Position numbers and translations under genes: made by a program
In this document: positions 1 to 11,319 of the stretch, piece after piece
How the letters are laid out: every line of letters starts with the position of its first letter
Position numbering within the stretch: position 1 is the stretch's first letter
Origin: Terriglobia bacterium
GTDB lineage: Bacteria; Acidobacteriota; Terriglobia; 20CM-2-55-15
Direction: 5' to 3'
Length of the DNA: 64,000 nt
Assembly (NCBI GenBank): GCA_965218585.1
Contig: CBDCLE010000003.1
Location: 160,001-224,000 of the forward strand
The notes under the pieces: generated by a model
Told to the model about the DNA's origin: nothing
Databases searched by the model: none
What the model saw: the letters and a program-made list of their open reading frames with translations, nothing else

Positions 1-2
1 GC

Positions 3-164
3 AAACGATCGGTCACACCGGATACTGCGCTCCGTCTGGCCCGGGTGACGGGCATGAGTGCCGATTTCTGGCTCGGGCTCCAGCAGGACTGGGATCTCTG
101 GCATGCCATGCGCTCGGCTGATCCGGCGATCGAGCGGTTGGAACCGTTGCCGCAATTTCGCTAA
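3..164 (+). CDS. higA: HigA-family (HTH_3/Xre) antitoxin, 3' part (gene starts before the window)
   Basis: Manual translation of frame 3 gives KRSVTPDTALRLARVTGMSADFWLGLQQDWDLWHA..., the typical HigA C-terminal half. Stop TAA at 162-164. Confidence 0.8.
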   Translation, partial: KRSVTPDTALRLARVTGMSADFWLGLQQDWDLWHAMRSADPAIERLEPLPQFR

Positions 165-187
165 CCCAGAACTGCCACCTTCAGGAG

Positions 188-871
188 CTAATTTCCCCGC
201 CCCCCACGCGATATCCGCCGATCGAGTTCCCGCTCCAACAACCCGATAACCTCCGGCTCCTCCATTCCTCCCCTCTCCCTCGCGTCCCGATCCTTCCGTC
301 TCAGATAGGCCAACCGCGAATCCCGGTCCGGTTCCGCAAGCCAGGAGGACCAGTCGCGCAGGGAGCCTCTTAGGGGTGATGCCGGACTGACGAGAGGATC
401 CGAATCCCGAAGCCCGCAATTAAAAGCCGCGCTCGACCACCGGTAATCCTCGGCCCGAGAGACGATTCCGGCCCGGACGGGATTGCGTTCCACGTAACGG
501 ATGGCCTTCCACAGGTAGCGTGTCTGGACCGCCACGGAGTGGCAACGCCGGTGCCACAGCTCGTCATTAATTCCGTGGCCCCCGTGGCTATCATTGTGGC
601 GGTCACTGAAGAGTTCAGCGTAGGCATTAAGCGTCTCGGTCATGGCATTCGAAATCGAATCGCGATCCTGGGGGACGGCGATCATGTGGACGTGGTTTCG
701 CATGAGGGCATATGTCCATATTTCGAGACCGCATTCGGTAGAGGCCGTGTGCATGAGGCCGAGGAAGGTGAGGCAGTCGGTGGAGTCGGTGAATACGGGT
801 TCGTGTGTCCGGCCTCTCGGGACGATGTGGTGGGGGGAGCCGGGGAAACGGGTCAAAGGTATCTGGATCAT
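188..871 (-). CDS. REP-associated tyrosine transposase (RAYT / Y1_Tnp, HUH family)
   Basis: PGSPHHIVxRG N-terminus, HUH motif LMRNHVHMI, and RYVERNPVRAGIVSRAEDYRWSS (catalytic Tyr plus NP(V)RAG and Y-x-WSS motifs). Confidence 0.88.
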   Translation of the reverse strand: MIQIPLTRFPGSPHHIVPRGRTHEPVFTDSTDCLTFLGLMHTASTECGLEIWTYALMRNHVHMIAVPQDRDSISNAMTETLNAYAELFSDRHNDSHGGHGINDELWHRRCHSVAVQTRYLWKAIRYVERNPVRAGIVSRAEDYRWSSAAFNCGLRDSDPLVSPASPLRGSLRDWSSWLAEPDRDSRLAYLRRKDRDARERGGMEEPEVIGLLERELDRRISRGGRGN

Positions 872-1013
872 TAATTAATAGATGTAGGTGAAGGGCGGTG
901 GCCGGGGGGCGTCGGCGGGAAAGGGCACCCCTATTCTACGATGTGGACGAGCCCTGACGGCATGCATATTGAGGTAGCGAAGATCCTTTAGATCCTACGA
1001 AGAGGCTGGTTTA

Positions 1014-1469
1014 ATGACACAAATGGTAAAGGTTCGTTATCAGGACCTCTGGGACGCATTCGATTTTCTAAGTTTCGGACTGTCATTCGAGAATCGGGCG
1101 TACGTTTCGCTGGATACAGGAAAGATATTCTACTTTTCCGACGACATCGCAGGCGAGATCGAAGACGACGAACGCCCCGACGACGTCGAAACCTCGGATC
1201 GATACCTCCCAGTGCCCAACAAGGACGATCTCCAACTCGGCTCTGTCCTGGCCCGCCGTTTCGTCCGACTGGAACTGCCGGATCGTCTACGGGAAGTGGA
1301 AGACATGTTTAGTCATCGAGGTGCTTACTCGAAGTTCAAGGGGATGCTTGGGTCTGAGGGGTTGCTTGAGAGGTGGTATGAATACGAGAAGGAACGGGTT
1401 GAGGCGGCGTTGAGGGAGTGGGGGGAGGAGAATGGGATTGAGGTGGTGGGTGGGAATGATAAGGGTTGA
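1014..1469 (+). CDS. UPF0158-family protein
   Basis: AYVSLDTGKI...RYLPVP...FSHRGAYSKFKGML...LERWYEY...LREWGEENGI pattern. Confidence 0.75.
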   Translation: MTQMVKVRYQDLWDAFDFLSFGLSFENRAYVSLDTGKIFYFSDDIAGEIEDDERPDDVETSDRYLPVPNKDDLQLGSVLARRFVRLELPDRLREVEDMFSHRGAYSKFKGMLGSEGLLERWYEYEKERVEAALREWGEENGIEVVGGNDKG

Positions 1470-1561
1470 GAGAGGGTTCGAGTCGCATCTGTCCGTGGTC
1501 TGTCCGACTGGGCAAGAGTAGGGGAAGGCGAGGCGTCAGATGTCGTCTGTGAAGCTGAGGG

Positions 1562-2913
<1,352 letters not shown>

Positions 2914-2943
2914 ACAACACATAGTAAGATGGATATAATATTT

Positions 2944-2975
2944 GCTATTCGCGATTCGCGAATAGCGATTACAAT
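2944..2975 (+). promoter_or_regulatory. 23-bp perfect palindrome (putative operator) plus -10 box
   Basis: GCTATTCGCGA-T-TCGCGAATAGC at 2944-2966. TACAAT at 2970-2975, 6 nt before ATG 2982, with no SD. Confidence 0.7.
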
Positions 2976-2981
2976 ATCCCT

Positions 2982-3536
2982 ATGATGTTGAAGCCTCAGG
3001 ATGTCGTTGTCGCCTTGAAGCTGTTGGAGTATCCCAAAGGTGGGAGACCACCTATTTCTCAAATTGCCCTTGAGTTGGCACTGAGCGCGTCTGAAGTCCA
3101 TGCGGCCCTGAAGCGTGGACATGCAGCACAGCTGTTGCTACCAGCGGAGTTAGGCGGATGCCCTGCGCTCAAGAATGTTGAGGAGTTCCTCGTACACGGG
3201 ATCCGATACGCGTTTCCTCCCGAACGGGGCGGCCCCACGCGGGGATTGCCGACTTCCTACGCAGCCCCGCCACTGAACCGGTTCGTCTCGGTTGGCAGTG
3301 AATTGCCTCCCGTCTGGCCTCATCCTGAGGGGGAGACTCGAGGTGTCGAATTCAAACCGCTGTATGGCAAAGTGCCTTATGCAGCCCTCAAAGACCCGTT
3401 TCTATATGAATGTCTGGCGCTCGTGGACGCGCTGCGAGAGGGTCGGGCACGCGACCGGAAAATCGCAATGCGTGAGCTTCGCTCCAGACTGAAAGAGAAA
3501 CATGTCGGTCCATCAAAACCTGGAGTTACTCACTGA
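2982..3536 (+). CDS. Winged-HTH protein, putative AbiEi-like antitoxin/regulator
   Basis: N-terminal HTH (PISQIALELALSASEVHAALKR) and C-terminal LALVDALREGRARDRKIA. Overlaps the downstream nucleotidyltransferase gene. Confidence 0.6.
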   Translation: MMLKPQDVVVALKLLEYPKGGRPPISQIALELALSASEVHAALKRGHAAQLLLPAELGGCPALKNVEEFLVHGIRYAFPPERGGPTRGLPTSYAAPPLNRFVSVGSELPPVWPHPEGETRGVEFKPLYGKVPYAALKDPFLYECLALVDALREGRARDRKIAMRELRSRLKEKHVGPSKPGVTH

Positions 3537-4203
3537 GGCAGCAAGGTTGCTTCGGCCCGTGCTGCCCGAGATTGTTTTTGTCGGCGGTTGTACAACAGGG
3601 CTGTTGATCACCGATACGGCTTCTGCTGATGTCCGGTCTACCGTTGACGTGGACGTCGTGGCAGAGATCGCTTCCTACGCCGAATTGACAAGATTCACTG
3701 AACGTCTTCGCACGCTTGGATTCCAAGAGGACCCGAGTGATGAAGCACCGATTTGCCGGATGTTGAATGGGGATGTGGTCTTGGACGTAATGACCTCTGA
3801 ACCCGTCATGGGCTTCTCAAACCGTTGGTACAGGGGAACGATACGAACGGCTGGGGAGCGTGAAATTCAAAAGGGCCTTCGCATTCGAGTCGTCACCCCG
3901 CCATATTTTGTCGGCACCAAACTCGAAGCGCATAAGGGAAGGGGAAGGGGAGATGTTGCGCTGAGCCATGACCTTGAGGACCTCATCTCTGTTGTAGATG
4001 GTCGCCCCGAGCTTTGTGACGAGATTAGGGCGGCAGAGGAAGATCTGAGGGAATATGTCGGCCGCGAGTTTGGGAAACTGCTGGAGAATGAGGATTTCGT
4101 AAACGCCTTGCCAGGATTTCTACTGCCAGATCATGCGAGTCAGCAACGTCTTCCGATGCTGAGGGACAGACTGAGAGAGATCGCCGATCTTGGAGCGCGC
4201 TGA
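3502..4203 (+). CDS. Pol-beta-superfamily nucleotidyltransferase, AbiEii-like putative toxin
   Basis: VFVGG...RSTVDVDVV (GG..RxTxDxD) and TKLEA..GRG...HDLEDL motifs. Confidence 0.7.
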   Translation: MSVHQNLELLTEAARLLRPVLPEIVFVGGCTTGLLITDTASADVRSTVDVDVVAEIASYAELTRFTERLRTLGFQEDPSDEAPICRMLNGDVVLDVMTSEPVMGFSNRWYRGTIRTAGEREIQKGLRIRVVTPPYFVGTKLEAHKGRGRGDVALSHDLEDLISVVDGRPELCDEIRAAEEDLREYVGREFGKLLENEDFVNALPGFLLPDHASQQRLPMLRDRLREIADLGAR

Positions 4204-4379
4204 AGATCGCCCACAAGAATCCAAAAAGTTATACTCGAAACTGCGGTGTGACAGGTGGATCCAACTGATCGTTCGATTGATCCGCTGGCCTCCCACGACA
4301 ATCATCCCACCAACCCCGTATAATTAGGGCCGCGTCTCCCAGCGACGACGCATCAACTTGTTTTACTTCGGAGACGCAT

Positions 4380-6587
4380 GTGACGATGGCCCGCTCAGCC
4401 CTGATACTCGTCCCTTTCTTCCTTGGCATCACCCTCGTCCCTTCGGCCTTGGCCCAAAACGGCCCCACCGACGACACCCCCATCCTCCAAGCCCTCCGCA
4501 TCCCCCCCGGCACCGAAATCAGCATGGACGGCGTCCTCGACGAAGCCGCATGGGAGCTGGCCACGGCGGGGCGGGAGTTTACGCAGTCGGATCCGGATTT
4601 TGGGGCTCCGGCGACGGAGCGGACGATTCTGAAGATCATCTATGACGAGAGCAACCTTTATATAGGTGCGGAGTTATTGGACTCAGAACCCGACGGAGTT
4701 CTCTATAACCAGATGGTCCGGGACGGGTTCTTAAGCGGCGACGATCGGTTCATGTGGACCCTGGATCCGTTGTTCGATCAGCGCAGCGGGTATTTCTTTG
4801 AGATCAACCCGGCGGGTGCGATGGGGGATGCGCAGTTGGTTCCTGACCAGACCGGGACGACACAGAACCGGGCGTGGGACGGCATCTGGTTGGCGCGGGT
4901 CACCCGGCACGATCGGGGGTGGACGGCTGAGATCCGGATTCCGTTTCAGACGGTGAACTTCAATCCCGATGCCCCGGCCTGGGGCGCTAACTTCCAGCGG
5001 ACCGTCCGGCGTAAGAGCGAAGAGAGTTTCTGGAGCGGCTACGGGCGCAATCAGGGGCTGTTCAACCTGAACTTCGCGGGACGGATCGAAGGAATCGAAG
5101 GCGTTTCACAGGGCCGGGGCCTGGATGTGACGCCGTATTAGATTGGGACCTACCGACGGCAGGGGAGCGGTGGCGGGGCGTTTTCGAACTACACTGGCGA
5201 TGCCGGGGTGGACATGGTCTACAGCATCACGCCGCGGCTAAAGCTGAACGCGACCTTCAACACGGACTTCGCGCAGACCGAGGTCGACGACCGACAGGTC
5301 AACCTGACCCGTTTCCCGCTGTTCTTCCCTGAAAAGCGGGACTTTTTCCTGGAAGGGACCGGCAGCTTCGACTTCAGCCGGGAGCGGCCACAGATCCTGA
5401 CGCCGTTTTTTACGCGCCGCATTGGACTGACTTCAGATGGACAGCCGCAGAAGATCGACTATGGTTTGAAGGTGACCGGACAGGCGGGAGGCCTGGATCT
5501 GGGTCTGATGCAGGTCCGCACGGCGGATGATGCCGGTGCGCTGGGCGAAGACTTTACGGCGATCCGGCCCAAGAAGACGTTCTGGAGCCAGTCCTATGTC
5601 GGCATGTTCTACTCGCGGCGGGCGACGCGAGAGTCTGCATCTGTTCCGGATAGGCACAGCATCGGTGCGGACTTCCAGCTGGGTACGTCGACCTTTCGAG
5701 GCGACCAGAACCTCCTCTTCAGAGGTTATTTCCTCAAAACGCCCAATGAAGCGCTGGGCGACGACAACACAGCCTGGAGCGCCCGGGTCGAGTATCCGAA
5801 CGACCGCTGGAATTTCCAGCTGGGTTACCGCGTGTTCGAGAAGAATTTCAGGCCGGCCATGGGGTTCACCGAACGGACCGACTACAAGAAATGGTTCAAC
5901 AACATAAATTTCCGTCCCCGGCCGGAGAACAGCCGGTGGGTCCGCCAGTTCAACTTCAGCATGCGCACCGAGTTGTTCATGGACATGGAGAGTAACCTCG
6001 GGGACTGGGTGTTCGCGATCACGGCTTTCGAAGTGGACTTCCATTCGGGAGACAGCTTCAGCATTCAGGTTGAGCCCGCCCACGAGGAGTTGACCCGGAA
6101 TTTCCGGCTCTCGGATGGGATCATCCTGCCTTCCGGAAATCAATACGACTTCACGCGCTATTCGGTGAACTTTTCGACGGCCAACCGTCGTCCGATCGCC
6201 GTCGATGTGTCTGTTGAAGGGGGGAGTTTCTTTTCCGGAGATCGCCGGGACCTGGAAGTGGGTCTCAGCCTCCGGCCGCGTCCGGGGTTTCTGGCCGAGT
6301 TGAGCGCCAACTTCAGCCGTGTCGAACTCCCGGAAGGGAACTTCTCGACCAAGATCCTGCGCGCGGTCGTGAATACTCAGTTCAGCCCGTGGGTTTCCGT
6401 ATCCAACAACGTTCAGTTCGATTCGGTCAGCGGGATCCTGGGCTGGCAGTCGCGCTTTCGCTGGATCGTGAACCCGGGCAACGACATCTTCTTCGTCTGG
6501 CTGAACAACTGGATCGACACGGGGACCGAGCTTCAAACGTTCGACCGGAGCGCGACGGCGAAGATGCTGTATACGTATCGGTTCTAG
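4380..6587 (+). pseudogene. CBM9-like + DUF5916 outer-membrane protein with one in-frame TAG at 5139-5141
   Basis: ORFs 4380-5141 and 5208-6587 are in the same frame. Signal peptide, MDGVLDEAAW, WTAEIRIPF, NTDFAQTEVDDRQVNLTRFPLFFPEKRDFFLEG, and C-terminal YTYRF. Confidence 0.8.
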
Positions 6588-6651
6588 GAGCCGAGCTGAT
6601 CTTCTTGTGAGCCACCAGAGCTGGAGGTATGATCTTAGTCAAGAGGATCTC

Positions 6652-6879
6652 ATGAGTACCATTGAGTCAGTCGTCCACAGTGACCCCGAAGTTCTCGGTG
6701 GAACACCCGTTTTTGTTGGAACGCGTGTGCCGCTCAAGAACTTCATTGATTACCTCGCTGCCGGGGACACGTTGGACCAGTTTCTCGATGATTTCCCTTC
6801 TGTTAGCCGACAGCAAGCGATTGCCGCCCTTGAATTAGCCAAGGATCTTCTCACATCACGTGCGCATCCTACTGGATGA
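6652..6879 (+). CDS. DUF433-family antitoxin (VapB45-like)
   Basis: DPEVLGGTPVFVGTRVP...FLDDFPSVSRQQAIAAL. Confidence 0.88.
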   Translation: MSTIESVVHSDPEVLGGTPVFVGTRVPLKNFIDYLAAGDTLDQFLDDFPSVSRQQAIAALELAKDLLTSRAHPTG

Positions 6880-7180
6880 GTCTCTGCCCCGTCGATTTTC
6901 TCAATTGCTGACCGGTCACGATGTCCGAACGGTGGCCGAAATGGGTTGGTCTGGGTTGACGAATGGTGTTCTCCTGAATGAGGCTGCGACCGAGTTCGAA
7001 GCCGTTCTGACAGCTGACCAGAACATCGAGTTTCAGCAGAACTTGAAGACGTTGCCAGTCGCGGTAGTCGTCCTGGCTGCGGACAGCAATCGAATTGAAT
7101 CTCTAGAAAGCTTGGTCCCGAACCTGCTGAGGACTCTTGCCGAACTCAAGTCCAGCAAATTTGTTCGACTGGACGCCTAA
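6860..7180 (+). CDS. DUF5615 PIN-like toxin (VapC45-like)
   Basis: MRILLDESLP...GHDVRTVAEMGWSG...LTADQN. Overlaps the DUF433 gene. Confidence 0.85.
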   Translation: MRILLDESLPRRFSQLLTGHDVRTVAEMGWSGLTNGVLLNEAATEFEAVLTADQNIEFQQNLKTLPVAVVVLAADSNRIESLESLVPNLLRTLAELKSSKFVRLDA

Positions 7181-7512
7181 GGGCTCTTGGTCTGGGAAGT
7201 GAGAAATAGGCGCTAATCCATCGGCCTCAACTCCTTCCAACGCTCAATGAACTCTACGGCGGCATCGACGTATCTTGTGGTTTCAACCTGGCCCTGTTCC
7301 GCCGTTGCCTCCCTCGGATCACGCACACCCCATACTCCGGTGGTAGAAATATCTCTCGCTGACGTTCCTTTACCCGTCTCTTCGGCCTTGAGCCCCTCCG
7401 CAAGAAAGACACGCAGTACGGTTGGATCGCCGTTTACGACATCCGGGATCATGTCTTGAAGGTGACTTGGCATGGTGACCGTAGCTGGCCGCGCATTGTC
7501 CACTTGAGCTAG

Positions 7513-9062
7513 GAGCCTGCGCCGTAGGAAGTGAATGAGATAATAGTGTCGCAGTTAGGAGGAGAATGCGATGCCGACGACGTTTCGCCCGTACCAGCCG
7601 GAGCAGGGGTTGCTGCTGGCGCCGGATATACGGGATTGGTTGCCGGAGGGGCACTTGGCACACCATGTGAGCGATCTGGTGGACGGATTGGACTTGACGG
7701 CGTTTTACGCGCCTTACGAGGGGGACGGTCGTCGCAAGTCGCCGTATGAGCCGCGGATGATGGCGAAGGTGCTGATCTACGGGTACGCGACGGGGGTGTT
7801 TTCGTCCCGAGGGCTGGCGCGGAAGCTGGAGGAGGACGTGGCATTTCGGGTGTTGGCGGCGGGGAATTTTCCGAGCCATCGGACGATTTGCGAGTTTCGC
7901 CGGCGTCATTTGTCGGATTTCAAGGCGCTGTTTGTGGAGGTGGTCGGTCTGGCGCGCGAGACCGGGGTTGGGAACTTCGGCAAGTTGTCGATCGACGGGA
8001 CGAAGGTTCGAGCCAATGCCAGCAAGCGCAAGGCGATGAGTTACGGTCGGATGCAGGAGGAGGAGCGGCGCCTGGAGGGCGAGATCGAAGCGTTGCTGTC
8101 GCGCGCGCGGGAGACCGATGCGGCGGAGGACGCGCGTTTCGGGGAGGCGCATCGCGGCGATGAGTTACCCGAGGAGTTGCGCCGCCGGGAGGATCGGCTG
8201 GCGGCGATCCGGGCGGCCAGGGCGCGATTGGAGGCCAGGCAACGGGAGGCCGACGAGGCGCGGGGACGCGAGCCCGGTTCGAAGCGCAACCGGAAGAGCG
8301 GGCGGCCCTACAAGCGGGAATACGGCGAGCCGGACGAGAAGGCGCAGGACAACTTCACCGATCCCGAAAGCCGGATCATGAAGACCTCATCGGAGGGTTT
8401 TCAGCAGTGCTACAACGCGCAGGTGGCGGTGGAGGGAGAGAAGCAGTTGATCGTCGCCACCGAGGTGTCGTCGAACGCCAGCGACCAGGGTCGGCTGGTC
8501 CCGTTGGTGGACGAGGTGGAGGCCACCCATGGGGAACGGCCCGAGACGGTGCTGGCGGATGCGGGCTACTGCAACGAGGACGACCTGGAGGCGCTGGAGG
8601 CGCGCGGCGTGGACGGCTATGTGGCCTTGGGCCGGGAGGGCCGGCGCGCGGTCGCGGTAGACGCCGCCAGGCATCCGGCGAAGGCCCGCATGGCCGAGAA
8701 GCTGTCGATGGAGGCGGGACGGGTGCAGTACGCCCAGCGCAAATGGCTGTCGGAGGCGCCCAACGGGTGGATCAAGGAGGTGCTCGGCTTCCGCCGATTC
8801 AGCCTGCGCGGCCTGAACAAGGTCCAGGGCGAGTGGAACTTGGTGTGTCTGGCATTGAACGTCAAGCGGATGCAGGGGCTTCAGGCAGCCTGATGACAGG
8901 GATACCGCCCGCAAATCAGGCCGAACGAGGGTCGATTCAAGCACCCGTGGCGCACCCATCGGCGCCTCGTCGTCCAAAACGCCCATTCCCCGGTCACCGA
9001 TACCGATCAATCGCCATATCGCGAAATTCGCCGAGTCGAAAATCGTCCTACGGCGCAGGCTC
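7513..9062 (+). mobile_element. IS1182-family insertion sequence
   Basis: 17-bp perfect IR GAGCCTGCGCCGTAGGA / TCCTACGGCGCAGGCTC. CTAG duplication at 7509-7512 and 9063-9066. Confidence 0.93.
7571..8893 (+). CDS. IS1182-family DDE transposase
   Basis: PYEPRMMAKVLIYGY, IDGTKVRANAS, NFTDPESRIM, LADAGY and GFRRFSLRGL. Confidence 0.93.
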   Translation: MPTTFRPYQPEQGLLLAPDIRDWLPEGHLAHHVSDLVDGLDLTAFYAPYEGDGRRKSPYEPRMMAKVLIYGYATGVFSSRGLARKLEEDVAFRVLAAGNFPSHRTICEFRRRHLSDFKALFVEVVGLARETGVGNFGKLSIDGTKVRANASKRKAMSYGRMQEEERRLEGEIEALLSRARETDAAEDARFGEAHRGDELPEELRRREDRLAAIRAARARLEARQREADEARGREPGSKRNRKSGRPYKREYGEPDEKAQDNFTDPESRIMKTSSEGFQQCYNAQVAVEGEKQLIVATEVSSNASDQGRLVPLVDEVEATHGERPETVLADAGYCNEDDLEALEARGVDGYVALGREGRRAVAVDAARHPAKARMAEKLSMEAGRVQYAQRKWLSEAPNGWIKEVLGFRRFSLRGLNKVQGEWNLVCLALNVKRMQGLQAA

Positions 9063-9935
9063 CTAGGCTGGGTGCGAGATACATTAGCCGCGATGTTTCA
9101 CTGACACCACCGTGCCGATCGAACATCGGGACCGCTGGCGGTTCCAGAGCGGACATGAATGGTGTGGCTGCGGCACCTAACTCGACAGCAATTCCGGAGG
9201 TTTCGTGATTGATCCGGTCGACGATAAACGTCGAAATCGCGCTGTTGCCGCCATGAGAATTGAGAATGAGAAAACGCTTGAACCCATGCCGAATCAGGCT
9301 TTCGGCCGCTTCGACATACACTGCCTGGATTGTTTCAGCCCGCAGAGTGATCGTACCCGCAAAACCCATGTGGTAGGGCGACTGTCCTGGCATGAGAATG
9401 GGCGCAACAAGGACGTCGGTCTGTTGAGCTATCAACTTGGCACGCTCGATTCCGCTGAAAAAATCCGTGCCGATGGGCAGATGCAGTCCGTGCTGCTCAA
9501 GCGCCCCGACGGGTAAAATCACCATATCCGTTCTGGTCAGCAAATCCTCGACCTCCGGTCGCGTCATATGCGGGAGGTAGTTTTCTACCTTCTCCTCGGA
9601 CCATATCGGATTTGCCTGTCTGGCCACCGCTGGTAAGGCCCCCAGTAGATACAATGCAATGATTCCTGTTGTGATCGCTCTCATCGAACCCTCCATTCAC
9701 AGCACCCATTTATTGGGGCCGCGATTCGTTACGATCATTTGATCGGACACCCGGCTGGCCCGCTTGGTCAGCCCAGAGGGGGACTCGCGCAAATGACTGC
9801 CCGAATCCTATAGAATGAATGGTTTGGAAGCAACGATTGGAAGCAGCGAATTCCGAACCTTGAACCCTAATATAAGGTGACGGATAAAGCGTGATACTGT
9901 ACGCGTTTCCATTTCGAACACTCAGGATTTTGAAC

Positions 9936-10490
9936 ATGAACAAACCTTTTGTGTGGGCACTCAGTGCAACCATTTTTCTATTCGTCAGCGTTCAACCCGG
10001 CGCCCTGGCCGAACAAAACGATCAAGCCTATGACCCGGAGGCGCGTCTTACGGAATTGGGCATTGTCCTGCCTGAACCGCCCAATCCGGTTGCCAATTAT
10101 GTGAATGGCGTCCGGACGGGCAATCTCATTTTTTTGGCCGGCAAAGGACCGCGGCGCGCTGATGGTAGCGAGATAACAGGCAAGCTGGGTGCAGGTGTTT
10201 CTATAGAAGAGGGCTATGAAGGTGCGCGGCTGACCGCGATCAATCAACTGGCGGTCCTGAAAGCAATGCTGGGCGATCTGAACCGGGTTGTGCGCGTCGT
10301 TAAAGTATTGGGCATGGTTAATTCCGATCCATCATTTGTGGAGCAGCCCGCAGTGATTAATGGGTTTTCGGATCTGATCGTCGCCGTGTTTGGCGAGCGG
10401 GGGCGACATGCCCGTGCCGCCGTGGGTATGGCGTCCTTACCCAGAGCCCAGGCAGTTGAGATTGAGATGATTGTAGAAGTAAGAGATTAG
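9936..10490 (+). CDS. RidA/YjgF-family protein with N-terminal signal peptide
   Basis: LPEPPNPVANYV, GNLIFLAG, INGFSDLIVAVFGERGRHARAAVG and VEIEMIVEV. Confidence 0.85.
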   Translation: MNKPFVWALSATIFLFVSVQPGALAEQNDQAYDPEARLTELGIVLPEPPNPVANYVNGVRTGNLIFLAGKGPRRADGSEITGKLGAGVSIEEGYEGARLTAINQLAVLKAMLGDLNRVVRVVKVLGMVNSDPSFVEQPAVINGFSDLIVAVFGERGRHARAAVGMASLPRAQAVEIEMIVEVRD

Positions 10491-11319
10491 GGGGGGAATG
10501 AAGAGTTGCACGACTGCTCTAACACTGATCGTCGCCGTGTTTGGTTTTGTGCTGATGGTGCCACAAGCAGGTGCACAGGAAACCGATCAAGAAAGCGGCT
10601 TGCAATTAAAATTCCTGGGCACGGCGGGCTGGGAAATTTCAGATGGCAACATTGTCGTACTCATTGATCCTTACATGTCGCGTTTGAAATTGGACGGCGT
10701 GGGGCATCCTGATGATGACCGTCCTGGTTTCACCCGCACAGATGTGGGTCAATCGGACACCGGTCTCATTGATGAGATTGTGGATAGAGCTGATTTTATT
10801 CTCGTGCATCATTCGCATTTTGATCACCTGTCCGATGTGCCCTATATCGCCCGGATGACGGGTGCTAGGGTTATTGGCACGGAAACAACCATCACAATAT
10901 TGCGGGCCTACGGCATCCCGGATGACCAGCTATATGCGGTTAGAGGCGGCGAAGACTATCAGTTCGATAATTTTTCGGTCCGGGTTGTTCCATCGATCCA
11001 TTCGGCCTTGGGTGAAAAGCATTACTTCGATTCAACGGAGTATACGCGCGACAGCAAACTCGAAGCGCCTCTTCGAATAGAGCAGTTTATTGAGGGCGGT
11101 TCGTTGATGTTTCTGGCCCGCTTTGATCACCATAGTGTGTTGACAATGGGATCGATGAACTACCTTGAGAGAGAAATCGAGGGTTTAGAGCCCGACATCC
11201 TTCTGGCAGGCGTTAATGGGTCGCGTTACGATCTGTATAATTACACCGAACGCTTACTAGCGGCGACCGGAAATCCACCAACGATCATTCCCGCCCATTG
11301 GGATAATTTCAGGCTGCCT

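Larger units (their letters stand above)
7213..9684 (-). pseudogene. Creatininase-family amidohydrolase with signal peptide, split by IS1182
   Basis: LPVGALEQHGLHLPIGTD, LNSHGGN and DRHGGVSETS. Removing 7513-9066 restores the frame ...YLAPSLAQVDNARP...GVWG..DPREATAEQG. Confidence 0.9.

Noticed and set aside
4332-4377. GCGTCTCC/GGAGACGC stem covering the SD of the DUF5916 gene
   Set aside because: Only 8 bp with a long loop. It could arise by chance and no riboswitch motif is present.
5139-5141. Pyrrolysine or programmed read-through at the TAG
   Set aside because: No pyl machinery is in the window and the protein family has no known need for it. A point change or base-call error is simpler.
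5433-6536. Long antisense or alternate-frame ORFs (e.g. 5433-6536, 32632-33696, 45053-46183, 57135-58016)
   Set aside because: They overlap well-supported genes and have no recognisable motifs. Such shadow ORFs are expected in high-GC DNA.
6594-7181. DUF433/DUF5615 pair as a decayed integron cassette (GCTGATCTTCTTGTGAGCC before, GCCTAAG after)
   Set aside because: Both core sites deviate from GTT/AAC and no full attC can be folded. Too weak to call.
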